Shown here in pieces: positions 52,779 to 64,000 of a stretch of DNA of 64,000 bases. The notes under the pieces are model-generated. The model searched no databases and was not told the origin of the DNA. It was given only the letters and a program-made list of their open reading frames with translations. The translations under genes were made by a program, and so were the position numbers. Source of the stretch: Felis catus (Eukaryota); assembly GCF_018350175.1 (NCBI RefSeq), contig NC_058368.1, positions 127,722,001-127,786,000 of the forward strand, given 5' to 3'. Numbering within the stretch: position 1 is the first letter of the stretch; every line of letters begins with the position of its first letter.

Positions 52779-52885
52779 GCTTGAGATTCTCTCTTGCCCT
52801 CTCTCTCTATGCCCCTCTCCTGCTCATGCACTCTTTCTCTCTCTCAAAACAAACTAATTAGTTAATTAACTTAAAAACTTTTAAA
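52779..52885 (+). mobile_element. CAN-SINE 3' half
   Basis: 'gcttgagattctctcttgccctctctctctatgcccctctcctgctcatgc' plus A-tail. Confidence 0.8.
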
Positions 52886-52979
52886 AAATATTTTAGATAA
52901 TATAAAACTGAAGTTTGAAAGTCACTGGCATTGAAGTTCATGCTTGTTCTCTCTCCCTCTCAAAATAAATAAATAAATA

Positions 52980-53194
52980 TTTTTTTTCAACGTTTATTTA
53001 TTTTTTGGGGGGACAGAGAGAGACAGAGCATGAACGTGGGAGGGGCAGAGAGAGAGGGAGACACAGAATCGGAAACAGGCTCCAGGCTCCGAGCCATCAG
53101 CCCAGAGCCCGACGCGGGGCTCGAACTCACGGACCGCGAGATCATGACCTGGCTGAAGTCGGACGCTTAACCGACTGCACCACCCAGGCGCCCC
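52980..53194 (-). mobile_element. Very young CAN-SINE inserted in the tail of another SINE fragment
   Basis: CpG-rich; TSD aataaataaa(t/c)attt. Confidence 0.97.
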
Positions 53195-53239
53195 AATAAA
53201 TAAACATTTAAAACCAACAACAAAAAAATACCAACTGAA

Positions 53240-54306
53240 TTACCATAGCTTTTTAATAAAGCTATTGTAATCAAAACAGTATGCTAATGGCATAAAAACT
53301 AACATATAGATCAACAGAATAGAAGAGAGAGCCCAGAAATAAACCAATATATATATGGTCAATTAATATTTGACAAAGGTGCCAAAAATGAACAACAACA
53401 ACAAAAATTCTCTTCAAAAAATGGTGCTGGAGAAACTGGATATCCGCATGAAAAAAAATTAAACTGGACCTCTATTTTACACGGTACATAAAAATCAACT
53501 CAAAATGATTAAAGACTTAAACATAAGAACTGAAACCATAAATCTCTTGGAAGAAAACATAGAGAAAAAGTGTCTTGACAATGTGCTTGACAGGAAAATG
53601 AAAGGTAACAAAAACCAAGATAGATAAGTATAAAATTAAAAATTTTATATAAAATTATAAATTTCATGTAAAATTAAAAGCTTCAGCACAGAGGGAAAAA
53701 CAATAACCAAATGACACGGCAACCTATGGAATGGGAGGAGATTTTTGCAAACTACATATCTGACAAGGGATTAATATCCAAAATACACAAAGAACTCACA
53801 ACTCAATAGGGAAAGAATAAATACCCCAATTAAATAATGGGTGAAGGATATAGACATTTTTAACATACAAATGGCCAATATGTACATGAAAAGTTTCTCA
53901 AAATCACTAATTATCAGGGAAATACAAATCAAAACCAAAGTAAGGGAAGAGGTCACACCTATTAAGATGTCAATTATTAAAAGAAAAACAAGACATTAAT
54001 GTTGGTGAGGAAGTGAGGAAAAGGGAACTCTTATAAACTGCTGGTGAGAATGCAAATTTGTACAGCCATTATGGAAAACAGTGTGGAGGCTCCTCAAAAA
54101 ATTAAAACTAGAACCACTATATGATGCAGCATTCCCACTTCTGTATATATATACAAAGGAAATGAAATCACTATTTTGAAGAGATATCTATACTCCCATG
54201 TTCAAAGCAGCATTATTCACAAGAGCCAAGGTATGGAAAAAACTTAAGTATATATCCACTGACAGGCACATCAATAAAGGAAATGTCACGCGCGGGCACG
54301 TGCACG

Positions 54307-54349
<43 letters not shown>

Positions 54350-55050
54350 ATGTTATTCAGCCTTAAGGAAAAAAAGAAATCCTGTCACTTGAAAACAAGG
54401 ATGAACCTGGAGTACATTACACCAAGTGAAATAAGCTAGATATATAAAGACAAATACTACGTGATATCACTTCAATATAAAATCTGAAAATTACAACATT
54501 TTTAAAAATAGCCAAATTCACAGAAACAGAGACTAGAATGATGGTTGGCAGGGGTTGAAGAAAATGGAGAAAGTTAGTATAAAGGGTACAGACTCTCAGT
54601 TATAAAATTAATAAGCTCTGATGATTTACAGTATGGTGAAAATGGCTAAAAATACCATATTGCATACTTGTAAGTAAACCTTAAGCATTATCATCAAAAA
54701 AAAGTTAACTATGTGGGGTGCCTGGGTGGTTCCGTGAGTTAGGCATCTGACTTTGGCTCAGGTCATGATCTCGCGGTTTTTGAGTTTGAGCCAGGCATCG
54801 GGCTGTGTGCTGACAGATCAGAGCCTTGAGCCTGCTTTGGATTGTGTGTCTCCCTCTCTCTCTGCCCTTCCCCACCTCTCAAAAATAAATAAATACTTAA
54901 AAAATTTTTAAAAAGGTAATTATGTGAGGTAATGGATAAGTTAATCAATTAACTTGATTGTGGGTTTCACTTCACACTGTTATGCATATATTAAATCAGG
55001 TTGTACACTTTAAATATACTACAAATTTGTCAATGATATCTCAGAGATGG
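53240..55050 (+). mobile_element. LINE-1 ORF2 end plus 3'UTR (L1MA9/MB-like) with (CA)n and SINE insertions
   Basis: Continuous decayed ORF2 motifs through to 3'UTR 'aaagggtacagactctcagttataaaatt'. Confidence 0.92.
54715..54910 (+). mobile_element. CAN-SINE
   Basis: TSD aaaag(t/g)taa(c/t)tatgt. Confidence 0.95.
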
Positions 55051-56999
55051 AAAAAATACTAAATGATAAACAATGTGAAACTCAGTTACAGTAAAATGAG
55101 CATTCCTTATAAAGATAAGTTTTAAAAAGAAAAAGAAAAAAGAAGGGAAAATAACTTATTTCTAGGCTTCTAACAGAAACATTTAAAGATTTTCTTTTTC
55201 CTAGATTGGCATAAAGTTTATAATTGTCAAAGCTTAAAACAAAGCAAACATACAAGAATAAGAAAATAATGAAAGTAATTGTAATTACTGCAATCAGATT
55301 TTGTATGCCTACTCTAATTAACGTAGGTATTTAATAAATGAAAGTTAGTTATATGCGTGTTTATATATAAACTCTTTGGTGGTTGTGCCTCAGGGAAGGG
55401 ACTGGGAAACTGGAAATCTGGAGTAAGAAAGAGAGACACTCTAGCACATATTCTTCTTGTTTGGATTTTTTATCTTGTATATGTAATATTTTTAAAAAAT
55501 TAAAACACTGTGTATAATAACATTTGATACTGGTAAGTGTCCAATCCATTGAGCTAGTAATCCTTTCAATTTAGCAGGTACTTTCCTCAGGCGACGTATG
55601 CTTGGCAGTTCAATTGGCATGTGCAGCCCAAGTAGCAAATCAGTTATTCTGTTAACTGGGTGCCTGCCAACTTGTAGGAACATGCTGCCCCATCCAAGTC
55701 CATTCCTCTGCTCAAAATAAAAAGGAAATCCCAGGGGATATCACAGAAATTGCCTTGAATGGGCTCAATCTCCAGCTTTCAGGACACTACAGGGATCGCT
55801 CAGCTCCTCTCTGTCCAAGCCTAGGGATTCCACCCCATAGAACTGGGAGAATTTTCCTGTTTAATATTCTGTCCCAGTTATCTTAACCACAACAACTGCC
55901 AGCTATGAGGATTGCCTTTGGGTAGTAGGCGGGTATTACACTGTTTCTCATACTTCCCTCTTTGTATTGTAGCCATCCTTTTTTGTCTTTCTAGAGAGGA
56001 TTGTCCTCCATTACAGAGTCACCTCCTTCCTTTACAGCCATTCCTCCCACCTGCCTGAAGCTTCTTTCATCCAGATCTCCCTTCTCCACGTGAAGATTTA
56101 CCACAAAATAAGATCAATAATTTCTATTTACGGGACTGCTGGTCCTTATTAAAAGGAATAATTAAATGTATTGCGTTCTGTTCCCTCTCTAAATTTCTCC
56201 TGTGTTGCAACCAGAGGAAACTGTGTTTCACTTCCTCGTTGAAAAAATGAGACTTTACCTGTAAGACCCCTTGACTTCCAGACCCCACAGACAAAAGTAG
56301 AAAAGGCAATTGACCCAATTCTGAATCAGACAATTGTGCAAAAGCGAGAGTTCAAAATCTGGGTGATGGGTCCAGGTCTTAAAAGGCAGGAAACCCTGAA
56401 TAATAAAATAGGAGGTCACCATATCAATAGATCATTGATTTGTAATGGGAGAACATGAGCTCTGGGTGGGCCTAAGCAACCACTGTGCCCTTTCATTAAG
56501 TTAATCAGCAGGTTTCAGCCTGAAGGACAGTTCTGTGGCCCTGACCACTTGGAGACAAGTCCTGACCTCTTGCCCTTCCTCACAAAGACTCCAGCTCCCC
56601 GACTGTTCCTTCCAGAGTCCATGGGTCCAAGGCCTGAGACTTACTTTGGGCTAGGCTATACGTCAACCATAGCAGAGGCATCATTTTAGACCCATGTATG
56701 GTAAAATCTCTCAATAACTTCATAGTACCCACACAGAGTGAAAAACCAAGAAACATTATGATAATGTACATGTGTCTTTGTGGGAAGTGCTGGAGAGAAA
56801 GAGGAGGAGCAGAGTGGTTTACAGTGAACATAACGAGGTGTAAGAGGCCAGGCTCCCTACTTGCAATAACAAGTTACAAGGCTCTAGGGTGAGGCCCTGG
56901 CAATGTGTTTATTTAGTCCTTTGCTTTTGTAAAATTGGAAAAAGTAAAATAAAAATTCTTCCAATAAAAATTCTTCCAATATCAAGATGTAAATCTAAA

Positions 57000-58010
57000 A
57001 AGATGTTTGAATGTTTCAGTAAGATGGGTGAGACTGATTCCTGACTGGTACCTACATGAAAGGTACACTTTTATTCTTAAAACTTTTAATTCATGAACTA
57101 AGGAAGAAATAAATAAGAGAAAATTTCTAATAGACTTTTTGGAATATGAAAAAATGCACTGAAACTAAGTGACTAAATCAATAGAAGGTATTCATATATC
57201 AAGCAACAAATTATAACAGTATTTTTTCAGATTATCTCAAAGGTGGTAATTCATTAAGAAAAAGGTAAGTTTCAAAACAAATGACAAATTGGCTCCCGAG
57301 TTGTTTGACAAGTGAATTAATAAAAAAAAGTGAATCAAACTAACACATTGATAATTTTTAATTTTTTTCCCAGACCTGACATAAAATGCTGACATTGGTA
57401 GAAAAATCTAAAACTCATCTGAAACCATTTATGACACTAAAGTGAGAATCTCAGTGACAAAGTGTTAAACCAGTTAAATTAGGAATCTATAAGATTAGTC
57501 ACTACACACACACAAAACCCAAAATGCCCTAAACCTTACAGCTCATATATAAAAGAAGCATATTAAAGATTTCTCCAAATTTGATAACTTTAACAATTTA
57601 TATGATAATTATACCTAACTTTTCTAAACAGTTAATAATTTAAAAAAACCATCCTAGAGAAAAGTTTGAATCATCTTCCTAATCTTTCCATAGAAAATAC
57701 TGTTAACATTAGTGTCATTTAAAGAGATACTCAAATAATATGCAACCAGAAATATAGGGAAAGGTATTACAGAATTACATTCATAAGTAACTGGTAATAT
57801 ATTATGACTTTCAATGTTTGGTGATATTTGTGATATATACCAACATAAGTTTGTAATTTGTCATGATTTCTTTTCTAATTTTAAACACTTTGTATCTGAT
57901 TGACTGTATATTGGTAATAATTAATTCTATTCTAAAAGAAGGAAACATTAATAAATCAGCTTTAGGCCCAAGCTTCAGCCGATCTCTCCCTCCAAACCTG
58001 CATCTGCTCT
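57000..58010 (+). mobile_element. Zaphod-like hAT-Tip100 DNA transposon relic
   Basis: Decayed transposase C-terminus-like segment 'tctccaaatttgataact...ccatcctagagaaaagtttgaatcatcttcctaatctttccatagaaaat'; end 'aaacctgcatctgctctg'. Confidence 0.6.
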
Positions 58011-58311
58011 GTAGAAGACCAGAAGACTAGAAGAGAAGAAGCGAACATCAGCCTACAAAATCAGCGTTGGGTACCCAAGAAAGCCAAGGTCTTATACAAA
58101 GAGACAGAATCAAAGTCACGTTTCTTAATACGAGGGAAAAGCATTTAAGAATAGCAGAGGGAGGCATTTCTCAAAATGTTGCATAACATTTTCTTGCTTT
58201 TTCTATTAGCACATGATCAATGGAAGTTCTATATTCCAGTCTGGATCTGAAGGTTATACTCTCATTTTTATCTTGGCTCAAAATCTCAGAGGACTGGGAA
58301 CTAGATTTAAT

Positions 58312-58440
58312 TTTCCTTCCTTCCTTCCTTCCTTCCTTCCTTCCTTCCTTCCTTCCTTCCTTCCTTCCTTCCTTCCTTCCCTCCTTCCTTCCTTCCTCGC
58401 TCCCTCCCTCCCTCCCTCCTCCCCTCCCCTTCCCTTCCTT
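58312..58440. repeat. (CCTT)n / polypyrimidine microsatellite
   Basis: Seen directly. Confidence 0.97.
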
Positions 58441-60441
58441 TTTTTAATTCTCCCTTTTTTTTCAGTAACATTATGACTAATTCCCCCCAAAGCTTCAATT
58501 CACAGACTTGAAGATTTTAACCAAGACTGTTTTCAGGCTTGAAATAATCTGAATAAGTACTCTCCCCTGACACCTGTCCACTTACACCCTTATGCTTTCA
58601 CCCACACGCATCCCACTCACTCCCTGGTTTTCTCTCCTAGCGGTCTATCGAAGGAAATGATGGAATCAAGTTAAACCAAAAGCCAAAAAAAGGGGGGGGG
58701 GCAGGAAACAGAAACAGTCTGGTTTCCGAAGTATAGATCCCTTATCTGAATTTAACTTTAGAATCAGGAAGATAAGTCTCCACCATAGAGTACAGCAAGC
58801 TCTATTGTGAAATCAGATTCCTTAAATTTTTCTGTTTGACTTTTCATGATAATCTTCCCATGAATATACTGCACAGTTAGATGGGATTTTTCTCTAATTT
58901 AATGTGGGCTTTTATTTTTTTCAATGTCTTCCTACTGGTGAGATGAGAAACACAGTCTTATTCGGGGGGGGGGGGGGGGGCAGAGGGACGGGTGATTTGT
59001 TCCATTCATTTGTTTTTATCTTGAAAATGCCTCTAAGATCCCAAATCTCCTACACTGACTAGTAGGACTGGAGACTCCTGACACCAGCTTTTACTCTTTT
59101 ATTCCCATAGACATTTCTTACCTCCACCTAATAAGAACCTCTTTGATAGGGTCTGCAGGGTTATAATTCCTTATGAGCAGAATTATCTAGGAATGGAAAA
59201 GATGGATGTATACTGCAGGCTACTTGTACCTGCAAGACATAATGAGGTTTTATTCAGAGTCTGTATTCTATACATACTTAGGAAAAATGCAGAAATTAAA
59301 ATGCAGTCAGTTTCATGAGAGAAGCTTCAAAAGAGGAAAGGTCTAAGTCATGGGCCTAGAACATGACAACTGGAAGTGGCCATTGGCATCATGTCAATCA
59401 ACAATCTGCCTGTTAAGTTCTGATTCATTCTCCCCTTACGATTTTGACCTTTAGTTTGGTCTCATTATGAAAATGAAAAGTTCAACATTTTTTTGTTGTT
59501 GTTAAAAAGTAAAGCTAGTCAATTTTAGGAGTTTTTAAAAAGGAGAAGTAACTAGCATTTAGGCCCAACCAGACTAATCTACTGGAAAGTTTATGTACCC
59601 TTATTCCACACCATATAATTTTGTTGACTGACCAAGATCTTCACTTCTAGCCAGTTGTGAATTTTGGCTCTCCTCGTTAATAATACCAAACTTCCTTACT
59701 TAATACTGTAAACCACGATCTCCATCCCAACTCCCAAGCATCCCGGTCTACTCCTAGGCTCTCCTCTATTCACTCTTTGCTCTATGTCGGCTTCTATTCC
59801 CAAATGTAAAACAGGTAAGTTTGTCTATTCTCATAATATTCTCATAAATATTTCTCAAAAGTTGGACATTTTTATGCTACCCACTGCTTCTACTCTAGAC
59901 TATGGTGCCATTTTCCCCAGTGAATTACCGCAATAGTTTTTTGATTGGCCTTGCCATACTCTCATTCCACTCTCCCATCAAATTCCTAACGTAGCCATGA
60001 TGATCTTTTGAAAAAGAAAACCTAGCTTCATACCCTTATTCATTAGTTTCTCACTACTATATCCTTAGTCTGGCTTATGTCTGTATCCTGTTTACCTCTT
60101 CAGCCTCATCTTCCTCCATGCCACTGCTCACTTTATAGTTAATTTTAATTCCTTGGTTATACCATGTTCTGTTTTCCCTCAGGGTCTTCACATATACTAA
60201 GCAAAAATAAAGCACTTAGAACAGAACTTTTACAATTTTCAACCACCACATCTCCCTAATTACCTGCACCTGTGTCATATACTCTACTTGGATATCCATA
60301 TTTATTATGGATAAAGTGTCTTCCTCTGATAGCAGGGCCAGTCCTTCTCTTGTATTCTAAGTCTATCCCTCTTATCTACTCAAAGACATTGTCCCATCAA
60401 CTTTCTGCATCATCGGTTTTCCCCTCTTACTATATCATTCT

Positions 60442-61017
60442 TCCTATGGTCTGAATACTTGGGTTCCTCCAAAATTCATATGTTGGAATCCTGACCACCA
60501 AAGGGGTGGTATTAGGAGGTGGGCCTTTGGGTGGTGCTTAGGTCATGTGGGTATAGTCCTCATGAATGGGATCAGTATTCTTATAAAGAGATCAGGAGGC
60601 TCCTGGGGGGCTCAGTCAACTAAGCATCTGACTTTGGCTCAGGTCATGATCTCATGGTTCATGAGTTCAAGTCTCATGTCAGGCTCTGTGCTGACAGCTT
60701 AGAGCTAGAGCCTGCTTCGGATTCTGTGTCTCCCTCTCCCTCTGCTCCTTCCCCATTCTCACTGTGTCTCTCTCTCTCAAAAATAAATAAACATTAAACA
60801 AATTAAGAGAAAGAGAGAGAGAGAGAGAGAAAGAGAGACAGACACCTCTCTAGCCCAATTGCCTCATAAAGCAAGAAGGATCTCACCAGAACACAACCAT
60901 GGTGGCACCATGATATTGGACTTCCCAGCCTCCAGAATGATGAGAAATAAATTTCCATTGTTCATGAGTCACCCATACTGTGATACTTTGTTATAACAGT
61001 CCAAATGGACTAAGGCA
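60442..61017 (+). mobile_element. MaLR solo LTR (MLT1A-like) split by a SINE
   Basis: 'ctatggtctgaata...ccaaaattcatatgttggaatcct'; 3' part 'ggacttcccagcctccagaa...ggactaaggca'. Confidence 0.9.
60595..60810 (+). mobile_element. CAN-SINE
   Basis: SINE body with A-tail followed by (GA)n. Confidence 0.95.
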
Positions 61018-61567
61018 GTTCCCATCAGCATACAAATATACTGTTAATTCTCCAACTTAGAGAATAGAATGTGGTTCCATGTTGCCCTTCGGTTGCTGTA
61101 TCACTCCTCTGCCCTCTAGAGAAAAACTCCAGGAGCCCAGAAATAGCATGATTAGTTCCCTCAAGTCCCCATTCTCAGTGAGATCTTCCCTGGTTACTCT
61201 AAGTAAAATTCCAACCTCTCCAGACATACCATGCCCCTTTCCCTGTCCCCCGCCCCTCACCAAAATTTAAGATCTAAGACAGCAGGGTTATTTGCCTGCA
61301 TCAAATAGTACTTTATCTCAGTCCATCGCCATGTAAGCAAGGACTCTGCCTCTTCACACTCTTGAGTGCCTGGCATCAGCCCTGTGGCTCAGAGATGGCA
61401 TTTGATAACTGCAATGAGTAAAGGAATGCATGCATGTGCCTGATAACACCTCTACCTCTCTTTGCCTTCCTCTCTGCCACAGGAAACAGATATTTATGAT
61501 CTGTAAATACTTGAAAAGCCTAAATCTCCTAATAAGTTGTCTACTTGGTAACTGCCTACAGTCTAGG

Positions 61568-62005
61568 TCAGCAGTCAGCATTGTCTCTAAAGGGTCAGAC
61601 AGTGCACATTTTAGGCTCTGCAGGACAAACAGGCTCCATCTCAATTACTCTGTAGTCATGGCGTGCACTCCAAGAAAACTTCTCAGGCAACAACAGATGT
61701 TGGCGAGGATATGGAGAAAGAGGATCTCTTTTGCATTGTTGGTGGGAATGCAAGCTGGTGCAGCCACTCTAGAAAACAGTATGGAGGTTCCTCAAAAAAT
61801 TAAAAATAGAACTACCCTAAAAATAGAATGACCCAGCAATTGCACTACTAGGTATTTATCCAAGGGATACAAGTGTGCTGTTTTGAAGAAACACATGCAA
61901 CCCAATGTTTAGAACAGTGCTATCGACAATAGCCAAAGTATGGAAAAAGCCCATATGTCCATGGATGGAAGAATGAATAAAGAAGATGCGGTATATATGC
62001 GCAGG

Positions 62006-62051
<46 letters not shown>

Positions 62052-62512
62052 GGAGTACCACTTGGCAATCAAAAAGAATGAAATCTTGCTGTTTGCAACT
62101 ACGTGGATGGAACTAAAGGGTATTATGCTAAGCGAAATTAGTCAAAGACAAATATCATATGACTTTACTCATATGAGGACTTTAAGACACAGAACAGATG
62201 AACATAAGGGAAGGGAAGCAAAAATAATATAAAAACAAGGAGGGGGACAAAACATAAGAGACTCTTAAATACAGAGAACAAACAGAGGGTTACTGGAGGG
62301 GTTGTAGGAGGGGGGATGGGCTAAATGGGTAAGGGGCATTAAGGAATCTACCCCTGAAATCAGTGCTGCACTATATGCTAACTAACTTGGATGTAAATTT
62401 AAAAAATAAAATTAAACAAACAAAAAAAAACACATGGAAAAACAAAAAAGAAAGAAAACTTAAAATAGTCAAGTGGGATTTGGCCTGCAGGCCCTAGTGT
62501 GCCAATCCCTGG
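61568..62512. mobile_element. MER58-like MITE split by an L1
   Basis: Left part 'aagggtcagacagtgcacattttaggctctgcagg'; right part 'gatttggcctgcaggccctagtgtgccaatccctg'. Confidence 0.7.
61682..62451 (+). mobile_element. 5'-truncated carnivore/felid LINE-1
   Basis: L1 ORF2 end plus 3'UTR; TSD aagaaaactt (61672-61681 and 62452-62461). Confidence 0.95.
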
Positions 62513-62763
62513 TCTAAGTTGGTTTTCTGGATCTTAACTCATCTCCTAAGCAGAAGTACAAGTGGAAAAAACGGTACAGCTCTTCCCTGATCCAGGCATG
62601 CAGATTTAGCCCTATCAACTGTCTAACAGTCTCTGATCCTTCACAAGTGAAAATCTCAACCCTTACCCCCAACTCCACTGAATCTTCAGGTCATTACCAG
62701 TTTACAACATAAAAGTATTTTAGAAAGACAATTAAAGCCAAAGTGAAAAAAAAAGAACAGTAT

Positions 62764-62912
62764 GGGGCTCCTGGGAGGCTCAGTGGGCTAAGCATCCAAC
62801 TCTTGGTTTCAGCTCAGGTCATTTATTTCTCAGTTCCTGGGATTGAGCCCTATGTCAGGCTCTGTGCTGACAGCATGGAGCCTGCTTGAGATTCTCTCTC
62901 CCCTAATTTTCC

Positions 62913-62968
<56 letters not shown>

Positions 62969-62995
62969 ATAAATAAGCTTTAAAAAAATTAAAAA
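62764..62995 (+). mobile_element. CAN-SINE
   Basis: SINE body with long (CT)n; TSD aacagta. Confidence 0.95.
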
Positions 62996-64000
62996 CAGTA
63001 AAACAAATTCTACTTGAGGAAATCACGTGATTTGTACCTCAATATGTCTCAAATGGCATCAGTGACCCATGACCCCTCCAAGGAAAAATATACTAGAATT
63101 GTTCTTCTTTTGGAGCATTATTAGAAAGATAACCTCTAGGAGGAAATGCAGATCCTTATAATTCCTTTTTAGAGGTGTTTACTAGAACCCATATTATTTT
63201 AATTTTGTAGATGATATATTTCTCTCTCAGGTGTATAGGCCTATGTCACTCAAACAATCTTGTGTTTGCTTGTGCTTACAAAATGCTGCCATGGGGATAA
63301 TTTAAATGCAAATTAGAAGTCATCCAAAGACAACTTTATTTTGTTGTTGTGTTGTGAGGCTAACGGAAGCAGTCAGTTATTTTCCAGGATAAAAATGCTC
63401 TTTAAATAAGAGAAATGGTACAGATGTTTCATTGTACATGTTTCATGTTTTCCAAATATCCTCTGATTTTGTTACCAATTTCTTATCAGTTAATCAGTTA
63501 ATCAGTTAATAAGCATAATCATTACTCTAAAAATAATAGTTTTCAAATTGTTAAAGCAATACTCTGACAATTTAATAATAGATCTTGGTATATTATATGA
63601 TGATCATGTTATTTTGAACCAAAGTTTTTATAGTGCTATTTTATAACAGTGACATTGAACTGACTTTAGATGACCATTGCTAAGGCCAATTTTTGCCATG
63701 TTTAAGATAATCCTAGGAGAGATCTTCTGCATTTATTAAAGGTACATTAACTCTTTCAGACCAACAAGTCAGAGACAATAGAGCACTGAAGATATAATTT
63801 CCTAATTGGTAAATTAGGCTCCAAGTTTAGGGATCTACATGAAGAATCAACCTGGAGTTTTTTCAGGATCTTCAAGGCCCCAGAACCTATCACCTCTAGT
63901 CTCCTTCATAGCAGGTAAGGGTTACTCTGGCATAATAATCTTCTGCTTGTGTCACTGTTTCAGTTCACTGCAGATGTCAGCAGAAGCGTCTTTAGAAAGA

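Larger units (their letters stand above)
59700..61430 (+). mobile_element. L2 fragments hosting an MLT1A LTR
   Basis: L2 motif 'cccctcttactatatcattc | ccatcagcatacaaa' split by the LTR; 3' end 'agtgcctggca...gaatgcatg'. Confidence 0.65.

Noticed and set aside
58213..58498. Low-complexity ORFs (PSFL and GRKE repeats)
   Set aside because: These are translations of the (CCTT)n microsatellite.
61430..61831. 133-aa ORF ending LLVGMQAGAATLENSMEVPQKIKNRT
   Set aside because: Chance fusion of MER58 sequence and an off-frame L1 ORF2 end; a typical L1-derived spurious peptide.
63867..63914. 48-nt plus-strand AG/GT-bounded segment (IFKAPEPITSSLLHS); a similar one lies at ~44468-44515
   Set aside because: Isolated and short, with no recognisable homology and no consistent plus-strand exon chain.
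1..64000. tRNA genes or a CRISPR-like spaced repeat array suggested by the recurring ~200-bp repeats
   Set aside because: The repeats are dispersed tRNA-derived CAN-SINEs with (CT)n, A-tails and TSDs; there is no intact cloverleaf, no regular spacing and no cas genes, and the DNA is mammalian.

Overview
AT-rich, CpG-depleted mammalian genomic DNA from a carnivore, most likely a felid, judged by the CAN-SINE (SINEC_Fc-type) and L1 3' end sequences. The window looks intronic or intergenic. It holds about 26 tRNA-derived CAN-SINEs of mixed ages, many with visible target-site duplications (TSDs). It also holds 5'-truncated L1s, ancient L2/MIR/CR1 relics, MaLR (MLT1) solo LTRs, hAT DNA-transposon relics (MER5, MER20, MER58, Zaphod) and many microsatellites. 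I found no CpG island, no recognisable protein-coding gene, no RNA gene and no prokaryote-type system. The ORFs in the supplied track are almost all SINE, L1 or microsatellite artefacts. I do not see a new biological system here. The best leads are: an ancient hairpin plus (GGTTAG)n element at ~42.1-42.4 kb; a repeat-poor 40-45 kb block with clustered FOX:ETS/STAT motifs; a PU.1-IRF composite site at 56.2 kb; a locally templated insertion inside an L2; a likely L1 3' transduction; several multi-layer TE nestings; and a weak, unverified chain of phase-compatible minus-strand exon candidates. Repeat family names come from recalled consensus sequences and boundaries are approximate. All need RepeatMasker/Dfam confirmation.
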